Source: Mobula hypostoma
Lineage: Eukaryota
Length of the DNA stretch: 64,000 bases
Assembly (NCBI RefSeq): GCF_963921235.1
Contig: NC_086097.1
Span: 169,324,001-169,388,000 of the forward strand
Reading direction: 5' to 3'
Part shown: piece after piece, positions 48,848 through 60,373 of the stretch
Numbering within the stretch: the stretch's first letter is position 1
Layout of the letters: each line of letters begins with the position of its first letter
The notes under the pieces: model-generated
Seen by the model: only the letters and a program-made list of their open reading frames with translations
Told to the model about the DNA's origin: nothing
Database searches by the model: none
Made by a program: the position numbers and the translations under genes

Positions 48848-51800
48848 TAATTAATCGGATCCAGCAACAGTCGGAATTAGTTTGAATCAGAAAACGGCAT
48901 GCCTCCTGTGCAGCAACCAGTGCAGCCAGCATAGGTCCCAGAGCTATCTGATGAGGGTACCATTACCTGGTACAAATCCACTCAACAACTACAGCAGGAG
49001 ATCAAAATGTGCGGTTCGTTAAAGTACTTGCCACTAGGCAAAAACTGTTCACACAGAACCAAACAAGTTGAGCTAAATGAAGAAAATAATAAATCTGAAG
49101 ATGAAGAAGAGTGTCATATAACATTGTTTGCAAAGGAATCACTTACTAATGCAAGACATCTGATGATAGAATCTCTAGGATTTGTTATTATTGATACAGC
49201 ATGCATATGCAGTGTGGAGAAAAATGGCTTGAAAGCTATGTAAGTGAACTAAACTACAATGAAGCGCATAAAGTGGTGAACACAGATACGCCATGGTTAC
49301 AAAGCATTCATATTTGGAGCTGGGAAGATTGTACACTCCACTAGAAGAGTGAAAATTCCCCTAAAAAATAGGGCAGACAAAATGTTATATCGAAATGAAG
49401 GTGGTACCAGTGAATATTCCATTACGCTAAAGAAAACGAGGGCAGTACTGGATTTGGGGTAAGACCAAACAACAATGTTTCAACAGTTAGTGTCTCTTGA
49501 GCTCACCAGCTCTGGACATTACTGAGAACCAATGTGAGAATGAAGTACTAACTGTCACAGAGAACATGAACGCTGGATGAGAAACGCAAAGTGTTGCTCA
49601 AGCTTCTCAAGCAGTCTGGACATGCCTTGACTGATAGACGTCAAATTGCTCAGGAGTTCAGAAAACAAAGATACAGATTATTTTTCCTTTCTAAAGCAGA
49701 TAATTGATAGCTGTGAGACATGCCTAAAGTTTGGAAAGCCTCAGCCCAAACCTGTGGTTGGTCTGCCACTAGCATCTGAACAAAATGAAACAGTAGCCAT
49801 AGACCGACATAAATTGGAGCAAAGAATGTGGTATCTCCACATCAATAATGAGTTCACACATTTCAGTCCCGATAGCATTGTAAACACAAAAAGACCTTCA
49901 GAGATAGTTTAAAAATCTCCACCTATTCCTGGATAAGTGCGTATGGCCAAACTCAGAAAGTAATCAGTGATAATGATGGTGAATATAATAATGATTAATT
50001 CAGAGATATGGCAGAGAACCTTAACATTGAAACAAATTCAAAAGTGGCACACAGTCCTTGGAGTAATCGACTTCCTTGGAGTAATCGACTTCTGGAACGA
50101 CAGAATCAAATGCTTACTGAAATAATGCTGAAGGTAAAGAAAAGCAATGGCTGTGATTGAAATACAGCACTTGACTGGGGCCTTATGGTGAAGAATACAA
50201 CGTACATGCCTATAGCTTGTATCAATTGGTGTTTGGCCAGAATCCAAACCTTCTCTCTGTACTGGTTGATAGGCCACCTGCTCTGGAGGACACAACAAGG
50301 AGTTAATGGGTTGGGGAACACATTTCAGCACTGCATGCATCAAGGAAGGCTTTCAGTGAAGCAGTGTTCAAAGAGCACTCAGGGCACAGCTCCATCCTGC
50401 AGATGAGAAATATGAGACGGGACAAAGTACATTACAAAAGAGCAGATTGCACAGAATGGAAAAATCCTGGAGTTGTCATTGGTCAGGATAGAGTTGCGGT
50501 CTTCATGAGACATGGAAGAACATACGAGAGTGTATCATTCCAGACCATGTAAAGTACAAACTGAAGTTGATCAGAACTCCATGGAGAATGACACAAAAAA
50601 TGAAAAGCCCTTACCTGATATAGTGTCACATAGCATAGGCATTGCTACAGGGATTGCAGCTGAAGACCCAAAAAAGATGCTCAACAATGGCACAGATAGT
50701 GCTAAAGAAAGTGCAGCTGGGAACTCAACACACTTGCTTGAACAGAAATCATCATGTGCAAGGACAACATGGAAGTTTCAGTCTTAAAACAGGTCAAACT
50801 CTAAGATTTGTAGACCAAGATATGGTCTACATATAAAGCTAAAGTCTTAGGATAAGCAGGTAAAGCTACTGGGAGACACAAAAGCTGGTACAACTTGAAA
50901 TACTTAAAACTAGCCATGGTCGCTGGCACTGCAGAGTCAGTCGACATTCATGTCAGACAGACTTCATGTTGAACCAAGAATTGGTCAGGCTGGATCATTT
51001 GAGAAGCATAAAGATGAAGATGTCCTAGTAACTAAGTACGTGTCATTTGAAACTGCGAAACAGGATGAAATCAGTAGCAATAATGGAATGTTTGAGGAAG
51101 TCAGAGACATTGGCCGAAATACAGTGTCTGTAAGATGGGTGTGCACCCAGAAAGAAATCCCAAAAAGAATTACACAAAAAGCGTGCCTGGTAACTGGAGG
51201 CTTTGAGGAACTGAACATGAAAGAACTCCAGAAAGACTCACCAATATGTACATTAGAGTGTCTCTGACTTCTTCTCTCAACGATATATCAAAAGCATTGG
51301 CATTAGGGGGAACAGCCAGTATGGTGACTTCTTCAAGCTCATCTGCAAAACACTTTAAATTCCTCTCTTTAATGTCTCTTTTTCTCTTTTCAAGGTGGCT
51401 AGGGTCATGTTGGAACCCATGATCTGTAGCTGCACTCTAACTGCGGTTCTTCACAGCAGTGGGTTCCCGTCCCGAAGCTCATCGACCGGCTGTTTTCGAT
51501 TATCTCCAGGAGCAGACTGGAAGCTGTGTGCCTTCTGGGTGCAGCCCCTGCGGACACGATTCTTCCAAGGTGTTGTCAACTGCAGCGCTGTGGAAGATCG
51601 GAACATTGAAACAGTTGTGGGAGTCTGACTCTGGAGACTCTGCTGGTTCGCGAGTCATGTGAGTTCAAATGAATGTTGCTGCAGACTAAGAATCAAAACA
51701 GTGAACTGTTAATCTCCCCTCTCGCTGTGGAAAGTGCAACACCTCCCTTGTTGGGTGAGCAATGGTTTTTGTTGGACTGCAGATCACAGTCTGTCTTTGG

Positions 51801-52016
51801 GGGCCTTGTTTGTTCCTTGCTTGGTGGGTGGTGGCACTGATGCTTCCTGCTGGAATAAGTGAGGGGAAGGGAAAGGAAGAGGGAGTGTTGATGCTTTGCT
51901 GCTGCTTGTGTGTGTGAGGGGGAAGGGGAGGGAGGCTTTGGGGTTCATTCATTCTTCTGGGTTCACAAAATTTTGCCACAACAGTCATCCCTCAGCTAAA
52001 GCCAGTCTTTCAGATT

Positions 52017-53265
52017 GAATTGAATTAACTTTATTTTTTGCATCCTTCACATACGTGAGGAGTAAAAATCTTTATGTTACATCTCTGTCTAAATGTGCAA
52101 TCATAGTAATTTATAACAATTCATAATAAATAGAACAGTCAATGAAACATAGAAATACATTCAAATCGATAGTTAAGTGAGTTAATCAGTCTGATGGCCT
52201 GGTGGAAGAAGCTATCCCGGATCCTGTTGGCCCTGGCTTTTATGCTGCAGTACCATTTCCCGGATGGTAGCAGCTGGAACAGATTGTGGTTGGGATGACT
52301 TGGGTCCCCAATGATCCTTTGGGCCCTTTTTTCACATCTGTCTTTGTAAATGTCCTGAAACATGGGAAGTTCCAACTACAGATGCGCTGGGCTGTCCGCA
52401 CCACTCACTGCAGAATCCTGGAATTAGGGGACGTACAGTTCCCATACCAGGCAGTGATGCAGCCAGTCAGGATGCTCCCAATTGTGCCCCTGTAGAAAGA
52501 AAGTTCTTAGGATTTGGGGGCCCATACCAAACTTCCTCAACCATCTGAGGTGAAAGAGGTGCTGTTGTGCCTTTTTTACCACACAGCTGGTGTGTACAGA
52601 CCACACGAGGTCCTCGGTGATGGGGATGCCAAGGAACTTAAAGCTGTTTAATCCATTGATGTCAATAGGGGTTAGCAGATATTCATTCCTCCTGTAAACC
52701 ACAACCAGCTCCTTTGTTTTTGCGACATTGAGGGAGAGGTTGTTTTCTTGACACCACTGTGTCGGAAAGATGACTTCTTCCCTTCTTCTCGTTATTGTTT
52801 GAGATTAGGTAAACCAATGTAGCTTCGTCAGCAAATTTAATTAGCAGATTAGAGTTGTGGGTGGTGACGCAGTCATGGGTATACAGGGAGTAAAGGAGGG
52901 GACTTAGTACACAGCCCTGAGGGGCTCCTGTGTTGAGAGTCAGAGGGGTGGAGGTGAGGGAGCCCACTCTTATCACCTGCTGGCGATCTGACAGGAAGTC
53001 CAGGATCCAGCTGCACAAGACAGGGTCAAGGCCGAGATCTCTGAGCTTCCTGTCGAGCCTGGATGGAATTACGGTGTTGAATGAGGAACTGTAGTCCAAA
53101 AGCAGCATTCTCATATCAGCATCCTTCTTCTCCAGATGTATAAGGAGGGTATGTAGAGCAGTGACTATTGTGCCACCTGTCGATCGGCTGTGTTGGTAGG
53201 CGAACTGTAGGAGGACCAGTTTTAGGTGGTAGCTTGCTGCAGATGTAGTCCTTGACCAGCCTCAC
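52017..53265 (-). mobile_element. Rex1/Babar-like LINE fragment inserted in the copia RT region
   Basis: [60 protein letters not shown], tail aataaagttaattcaattcaa. Confidence 0.85.
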
Positions 53266-55699
53266 TGAACACGATGAACATGACAGATTCTGCTGTGTAA
53301 GAGATAGACATCCTGCTGTTCTGCATCATGAAAGCTACAGAGGAATCTTCAGACAATCCACATGGAATCCTTATGTGCCATACGGCGAGGTACGCCCTTT
53401 AGTGAAGCTGAAGGTAGGCAACTCAGGTCAAAGAGAGGTCAGATTCTATGTGTGGCAAGATAGAGCAGACCTGACATCATGTTTGATGCCTGCAATTTGG
53501 TGTCCAACACAAAAAAAGCCACAGTACAAACTTTACATGAGGCAAACAAGATAGTGCGCAAAATTCAATCTGAAAAAGTAACCTTGAAGTTTCAACAGCT
53601 TGGAAAAGAATGCTCACTGAGGCTCAGTGTCTTCAGTGATGCCTCACTTGAAAATCATCCTGATGGAGGCATTCAAGGAGAATATTTTATTGTACTAATG
53701 AGAGAAAAGGGAATATTTTCACCTCTCTGTTGGCAATCAAAAAGGATCCGAAGAGTTGTAGTAGTACATTGGCAGGAGAAACCCTTGCAATGACTGAAAG
53801 TATTAACAATGTTGTTTATCTGACTACACTCTATCCTGAGCTTGTCCATGGCGACCCACAGAAGAACACTCTACAAATAACTTGTGTTATAGACAACTGT
53901 TCATTAGTTGATGTCCTCAAATCTACAAATCATTTACAAAGAGGCTTCGTCTGGAGACAAGCAGCATCAAGGAATTCGTCCAAACACAAAAAATTCATGA
54001 GCTGACTGTCTCACAAAGAAGAGAATGCCAGCTCTTATGCTGCTGAAGACACTTTGTGAAGGCATTTGGTACTGTAAGAACCGTATGAACATAAAGAGTT
54101 AGAACTAATTCCCATATCCAATTGGACATTTGAATTTTTTTTTTATGTTTTTAACATACATAAAAGGATGGGAGATTATTCAGTTCTGTTCATTTAGGCT
54201 ATGTAAGTATTTAGTTGGCACGTGCACTCTTCCTGTTATGGGCATGTGTGCGAGGGTTGGAAGGGGAATTGTGGGCAAGAAGGTGGCATCCCTTATGTAC
54301 TGAACGTGAATAAATAATATAAAGTTGCTTAAACAAAAGAAAATCTTGTCTTTGTTGTTTAAACATTAACAATCACTCTGTGTGAGCTGCAGAAGTCATT
54401 GGCTGTAACTGGAGTTGAAATTCATGTCTCCACAATCTCTAAGGTCTTGCACAAAAAGGGTATTGAGGGAAGAGGGACAAAGAAGTAGCCCTGGCTAAAA
54501 AAAAAACATATCCTTGCCCATAAAGACTTTGTAAAAATTCACTTAGAAGATACTGTAAAGATGTAGGAGGAGGCCTTGTCATCAAATGAGCCGAAACTCA
54601 TTTTTTGGACTCAACACTAAGCGATACATGTGGCTTTGGGAATGCTTTTCAGCAGCAGGGGCTGGAAATCTGGTCAGGATTGATGGGAAAATGAATGCTT
54701 CTAAATAGAGAGATCCTGGATAAAAGCTGGCTAGCCTCTGGCAGAAAGCTTAAACTGGGGAGGAAGTTTGTCCTTCAGCATAACAAAGACCAAAGCACAC
54801 TGCCAGAGCAACCATGGAGTGGCTTCAAATGAAGAAAAATTACGTTCTTGAGTGGCCCAGTCAGAGTCCTGATGTTAACCTGATCACACATCTTGAGCAA
54901 GACTGCTGTTCAATGCTGCACCCCAACTAACCTGGCACAGCTTCAGCAATCTTGCAAGAAGGAATGGGCAAAGCTAATAAGAGACTTATCCAAAAAGACC
55001 ACTGGCTGTAATAGCTGACTGTGGTAGTTCAACTAAGCACTGAGCAAAGAGGGATGAATACTTCGCACTTCTGAATTTTTAGTTTTTCATACTTTACAAT
55101 TTTCCACGTTTTTGGGGCTCTACTATGAAAAAAAGGAGCATGTGATTCACAAATAAAAATTCTCAGTTAAATTAATCAAAATCTCTGGTTATAATACTAA
55201 TTTATGTGAACAAAGGCTTGGAGGCTGAATACTTTTTCAAGGCACTGTACCTGAGAGCATGCTGTGTGAAGTGAAGCCTTTTCAAAAGAAAAAGTCATAC
55301 ATTTTTCTTTCATATCACCTGCATTATTAATCTCAGTTCAAGTAATGAAAGTCACTACAATCAACTTTGGATCGTGACGGCAAGAAGGAGAATACCCAGT
55401 CAATATCGTTATTCAATAATCACTACTGCACAAATATATGCTGGTATAATGCTGGTCAAAAAGCCTGCAGATACTTATCATCTAAAACTCTGATCTTTAC
55501 CTACATCTACAAACAAAATAGCTGTATGAACCAACACATTTTAAATGCACATCAGACAATTCTCCAATATGCATCACTGCATGAGGAACAACCCACTCTG
55601 TACATTACAAACAAACCATGCCTTTTTTTCTGGAAGGAGATCTCAGTTGTAGCTGGGGCAATACTTAAACATTAACTTCAAACATTAAGGTATACATAC

Positions 55700-55763
55700 C
55701 TGTATTATAGACGTATTTTTGCGGTGCTTGAAAATGAACCCACACAACAAGATTTTCAGGATC
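55700..55763 (-). CDS. CEP192: CEP192 exon (64 bp, phase 0-1)
   Basis: aatag|GATCCTGAA...ACAG|gtatgt; DPENLVVWVHFQAPQKYVYNT. Confidence 0.85.
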
Positions 55764-56257
55764 CTATTAAAAAAAAAGGGGGTCTATTAAAAAATAAAAA
55801 CTTGCAACATCTCAGCACAACCCACATCTAAACATTCCAGAGAATAACTGATATCGCAGGGTATGTACTTGTCTGAGAGTTTCAGCTGCCAAAAAGACAG
55901 CAGTACGAGTGGTTTCTCCCCCTAAAAAACATTTTTAAAAAAAAAAGGTATTAGAGGAAAATGCAAGTTCTTTATATGATCGATTAAAACTGGGTAAAAT
56001 AGGGCATTCTATGATAGATAGGGTTAAAAATTGCCTCTCTAACTGACTAAACTGGAGAAGCAACTGCTATAGTTAATTCTACACTTAGATCATATCAAAA
56101 CTAAAACCTGTAAAGTTAATGCACAATAATTATTGGCGACAACTCAAAAGAACATTTTCTTTTGTAATTAGAAAAACTATGACCCTTTTCAATGAGTGAA
56201 AACTCCCATACAACATTTAATTACTGTGAAATGTCAAAGTCAGCTAATAATAATGGA

Positions 56258-57537
56258 ACACACAAAATGCTGGTGGAACACAGCAGGCCAGGCAGCATCT
56301 ATGGGGAAAAAGTACAGTCAACGTTTCGGGCCAAGACCCTTCGTCAGGACTAACTGAAAGAGGTAGGAAGGGATTTTAAAGTGGGAGGGGAAGGGGAAGA
56401 TCTGAAATGATAGGAGAAGACAGGAGGGGGAAGGATTGGGCTAAAAGCTGGAAAGTTGATTGGCAAAAGGGACACAGAGCTGGAGAAGGAAGAAAATAAT
56501 AGGGTTCCCCTTGTCCTCATCTACCACCCCACCAGCCTCCGGGTCCAATGTATAATTCTCCGTAACTTCTGCCACCTCCAAGCACATCTTCCCCCCCCCC
56601 TCTGCTTTCCGCAGGGATTGCTCCCTACGCGACTCCCTTGTCCATTCGTTCCCCCCCATCCCTTCCCACCGATCTCCCTCCCGGCACTTATCCTTGTAAG
56701 CGGAACAAGTGCTACACCTGCCCTTACACTTCCTCTCTCACCACCATTCAGGGCCCCAGACAGTCCTTCCAGGTGAGGCGACACTTCACCTGTGAGTCGG
56801 CTGGGGTGATATACTGCGTCCAGAGCTCCCGATGTGGCCTTTTATATATTGGCGAGACCCGACGCAGACTGGGAGACCATTTCACTGAACACCTACGCTC
56901 TGTCCGCCAGAGAAAGCAGGATCTCCCAGTGACCACACATTTTAATTCCACATCCCATTCCCATTCTGATATGTCGATATATGGCCTCCTCTACTGTAAA
57001 GATGAAGCCACACTCAGGTTGGAGGAACAACACCTTATATTCCGTCTGGGTAGCCTCCAACCTGATGGCATGAACATTGATTTCTCTAACTTCCGTTAGT
57101 GTCCCTCCTCCTCTTCTTACCCCATCCCATATTTATCTATTTATTTATTATTTCCCCCCTTTTTTTTCTCTCTGTCCCTTTCACAGTAACTCTTTGCCTG
57201 CTCTCCATCTTCCTCTGGTGCTCCCCTCCTCCCTTCTTTCTCCCCAGGCCTCCCGTCCCATGATCCTCTCCCTTCTCCAGCTCTGTATCCCTTTTGCCAA
57301 TCAACTTTGCAGCTCTTAGCTTCATCCTTCCCCCTCCTGTCTTCTCCTATCATTTCGGATCTCCCCCTCCCCCTCTCAAATCCCTATCTCTTCTTTCAAT
57401 TAGTCCTGACGAAGGGTCTCCGCCCGAAATGTCAACTGTACTTCTTCCTATAGATGCTGCCTGGCCCGCTGCGTTCCACCAGCATTTTGTGTGTGTTGCT
57501 TGAATTTCCAGCATCTGCAGATTTCCTCGTGTTTGCG
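56258..57537. mobile_element. Neptune-type Penelope insertion, tail-out inverted pair, with an open GIY-YIG segment (56638-57099, +)
   Basis: YPCKRNKCYTC Cys linker plus VIYCVQSSRCGLLYIGETRRRL..HFTEHL...HFN...LEEQHLIFRLGSLQPDGMN; 13-bp TSD TAATAATAATGGA at 56245-56257 and 57538-57550. Confidence 0.9.
56315..56352 (-). ncRNA. Minimal hammerhead ribozyme motif (GUU cleavage triplet)
   Basis: UAGUC-CUGACGA-AGGGUCUUGGCCC-GAAA-C-GUU/GACUG. Confidence 0.68.
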
Positions 57538-58358
57538 TAATAATAATGGACCCTCTATTAGGTAGAAATAATTGACTTACACATACCATCCATAAACAAT
57601 GCTACAATTATGCTCAGACATTCATTGGGTTGTGAATTAAGAACATAAAAAATAGAAGCTAGAAATGGTCATGGCTTCTTAGTGCCTGTTTCATCATTTA
57701 AAAGCATGGCTTATCTTTACATAATGAATATATTCAGAGCCCAGTAAGGACTTCATTTGTTGTTTTGTCTGTTAACCAATCCAAGCCATAACATTAGACC
57801 AAATTCTATGTCTTCTAACTAGTTCAGATTAAAGTCACAGAACCCATACAGCCTGTTCAGTCTACTGTATTTGTACTGGCCATCCCAGCAGAGTTACACT
57901 AATCCCGTTTCTTTCTCCCTCAACTCCCCTCACATTCTCTGCCTTATCAACACACTAGGGGCAATTTACAGTGGCCAAGTAACTTTCCAACTTACTTGGA
58001 TATTGGAAGGATATACTCATGCCCTTGCAAGGACAGCATGCAAACTACATGCAATCAGTTGATCCATTACAACCATAATCCCCTGAATCAGTCTGGTGAA
58101 GCCTCAGTGCACTCCTTCCACAGTAAGCAGATTCTTGGGCAAGGAGACTAAAACTGCACACAACATTCCATCTACAAGTTCACAAGAATCCCATCTCAAT
58201 GCAGAATAACATGCTTCTTTCTATACACAAAATCTCTTGTCAGGAAAGGCATCCCATTTGCTTTTTTAATTGCTTGCTTTCAGTGTATGATGTACAATGA
58301 CATCTTGAAAATTAATAGTACAGAATACTTTAAGCTGAAGTATGAAATTTCTCATCAC

Positions 58359-58496
58359 CTCTCCATCACAGCTTGCTCGCAGCACGTGATTCATGACAGA
58401 TGGACCCACCAATGAAGAGAGTCTTTCAGTCTGTAATGATGTTTCTGTCACTGTGTCAGGTTTGGAAAATGTGAAACATCGCCATGCAGCAGGATT
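58359..58496 (-). CDS. CEP192: CEP192 exon (138 bp, phase 0-0)
   Basis: AG/GT boundaries; NPAAWRCFTFSKPDTVTETSLQTERLSSLVGPSVMNHVLRASCDGE matches the recalled CEP192 AWxCFTFSK...GPSVVNH motif. Confidence 0.9.
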
Positions 58497-59176
58497 CTAC
58501 ACAGCATGGAAATAATTAGAATTATTACAAATAATTAACTTTCCAGAGAGCCTCAAAGATCACATATATAGAAATTAGAAGCCGGAAAAAGCCACTCAGC
58601 CCTTTCGGTTTTGCCAAGATCTGAATGAACCTTAGCTGTGTATTCCCCTGATCTGTGGTATTCATTCACTCTCTCGTATATCAAGTACCTATTTACCTTT
58701 GCCTTAAAAATACTCAGATTCTTTCAATTGTCCTTTGAAAAACAAATGCCTTTAAGATTAAAATCTAAGATGATTCCATATTTAGATAAAATGGATTCCT
58801 ATCCCCAGAGAAAGATGAAGTTACTTTGAGTTGAGTTTCACAGTTCAAGAGATTTGTTAAATTATGCTCTATGTATTCAACACTAAAGAAATTAATTTCC
58901 CTCTTTGAAAGCATTCCTTGCTCATGAAAGTACTTCTTTTACTCAATCTTAAACCAGAACAGAATAAATTGGTCAACGTCAATTCAATGGAACATTAGTT
59001 ACGTAGGTAATGAAATTAAAGACGACAAATTTATATTTATAGCATTAAAGTTTCTCAAAAGAGATTCCTACAAGTCATCTTTTCCTTTGTAGTCAAAAAG
59101 CAGGTACTGCATAGCACATACAGTAGCTCAGCCAGATCAAACTGAGGAATATCTACTCAGACCTGAATAGTTCAAT

Positions 59177-59725
59177 AGAATCAGATTTATTATCACCTGC
59201 ATGCGACATGAAATTTGTTAACTTAGCAGCAGCAGTTCAATGCATACATAATATAGAAGAAAATAATAATAAGTAAATCAATTACAGTATATGTATATTG
59301 AGTAGACCGAAAATCGTGCAAAAAAACAGAAATAATATATATTAAAAAAGTGAAGTAGTATCCAAGGGTTCAATGTCCATTTAGGAATCGGATGATGAAT
59401 CGGAATCGGAAGAAGCTGTTCCTGAATAGCTGAGTGTGTGCCTTCAGGCTTCTGTACCTCCTACCTGATGGTAACGATGAGAAAAGGGCATGCCCAGGGT
59501 GCTGGTGGTCTTTAATAATGGACGCTGCCTTTCTGAGACACCTCTCCTTGAAGATGTCCTGGGTACTTTGTAGGCTAGTACTCAAGATGGAGCCAACTAA
59601 ATTTACAATCCTCTGCAGCTTCTTTCAGTCCTGTGCAGTAGCCCCCACCATACCAGACAGTGGTGCAGCCCAACAGAATGCTCTCCAAGGTACATCTATA
59701 GAAGTTCTTGAGTGTATTTGGCATA
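59177..59725 (-). mobile_element. Rex1/Babar-like LINE 3' fragment
   Basis: MPNTLKNFYRCTLESILLGCTTVWYG...HPGHALFSSLPSGRRYRSLKAHT; 3' UTR like 3843-4030. Confidence 0.85.
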
Positions 59726-60247
59726 ATGCTTAAAGTCCATCTTATAAAATTATATTCATTGGTTTTGCTGAAATGGCTGAACTGATCAGGCAGTAATCCA
59801 GAGGCACATTCTAACAATCCACAGATGCAGATTCAAATCCCACTGTGATAGTTGGAGACTTTAAAAGTTCAGTTAAATAATATTGAATAATAAAAAATAG
59901 GTTCATTAATGGTGACTGCACAACCAATGGATTATAAAAGTCAATCTGATTCACTAATTTCTTTTAGGAAAAGAAATCCACTGCTCTTATTTAGTCTGGT
60001 GTTAATGTGTTTGAGAACCAACAGCACTTGGTTCACTTTCCTCTGTCATATGTGTAAGACATTCAGTTGTTTCATAACACAACTGCAACATTTTAAGCAT
60101 TTAAGGTCCGGCAGGAATATTGGTAATGTTAACAACGTTTTGAAATTGTTCAATGAATATAAAAATATATATATTTAAATAAGTTTGAATCCAAATGACC
60201 AGATTAATGCCAAAAGCTGTTATCCTGCAGAAAGAAAAAAAACTTAC

Positions 60248-60373
60248 AGCACTGATGACAAGCCGAAGGGGAATGGTGGCGTGAGTCCCATTGACAAGTT
60301 TGAGAGAGAGTGTTTTACCACCACCAGGTAGTAAGTCACCAAAATCCAAGCATCCTCTTTTCTCTGCTACAAT
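60248..60373 (-). CDS. CEP192: CEP192 exon (126 bp, phase 0-0)
   Basis: AG/GT boundaries; IVAEKRGCLDFGDLLPGGGKTLSLKLVNGTHATIPLRLVISA. Confidence 0.9.

Larger units (their letters stand above)
48637..54371 (+). mobile_element. Ty1/copia LTR retrotransposon, GalEa-like, degenerate
   Basis: LTRs 48637-48826 and 54177-54371; PBS at 48828; PPT AAAAGGATGGGAGA; domain order PR (IIDTAC), INT (CETCLKF, SDNDGEY, SPWSN.LLERQN), RT (VRWVCT, KACLVTGGFEE), RNaseH (FSDASL, STLAGETLAM, ADCLTK). Confidence 0.88.
48050..55247 (+). mobile_element. Degenerate Tc1-like transposon split by an LTR retrotransposon
   Basis: TIRs C(T/A)GTGCCTTGAAAAAGTATTCAGCC with TA flanks; N-terminus KSGEGYKTISKALTIPWSSLQSIVKKW (about 48431-48635); C-terminus FVLQHNKDQ...[13 protein letters not shown] (about 54372-55043). 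Confidence 0.88.

Noticed and set aside
50057..50093. 18-bp tandem duplication ccttggagtaatcgactt in the copia integrase
   Set aside because: Ordinary slippage duplication in a dead element
55869..55921. Possible extra CEP192 exon (ttttag|GGGGAG...GACAA|gtacat)
   Set aside because: 53 bp would frameshift, the donor is weak, and the flanking exons already join as CDGE|DPE like the orthologue
56638..57099. Stand-alone GIY-YIG nuclease gene
   Set aside because: No true ATG context; it is the 3' fragment of a TSD-flanked Penelope insertion with several near-identical relatives in the window
13290..57438. Recurring about 37-nt motif as a CRISPR-like repeat
   Set aside because: Copies are dispersed, in both orientations and embedded in Penelope 3' UTRs; no spacer array or cas genes, and the context is eukaryotic
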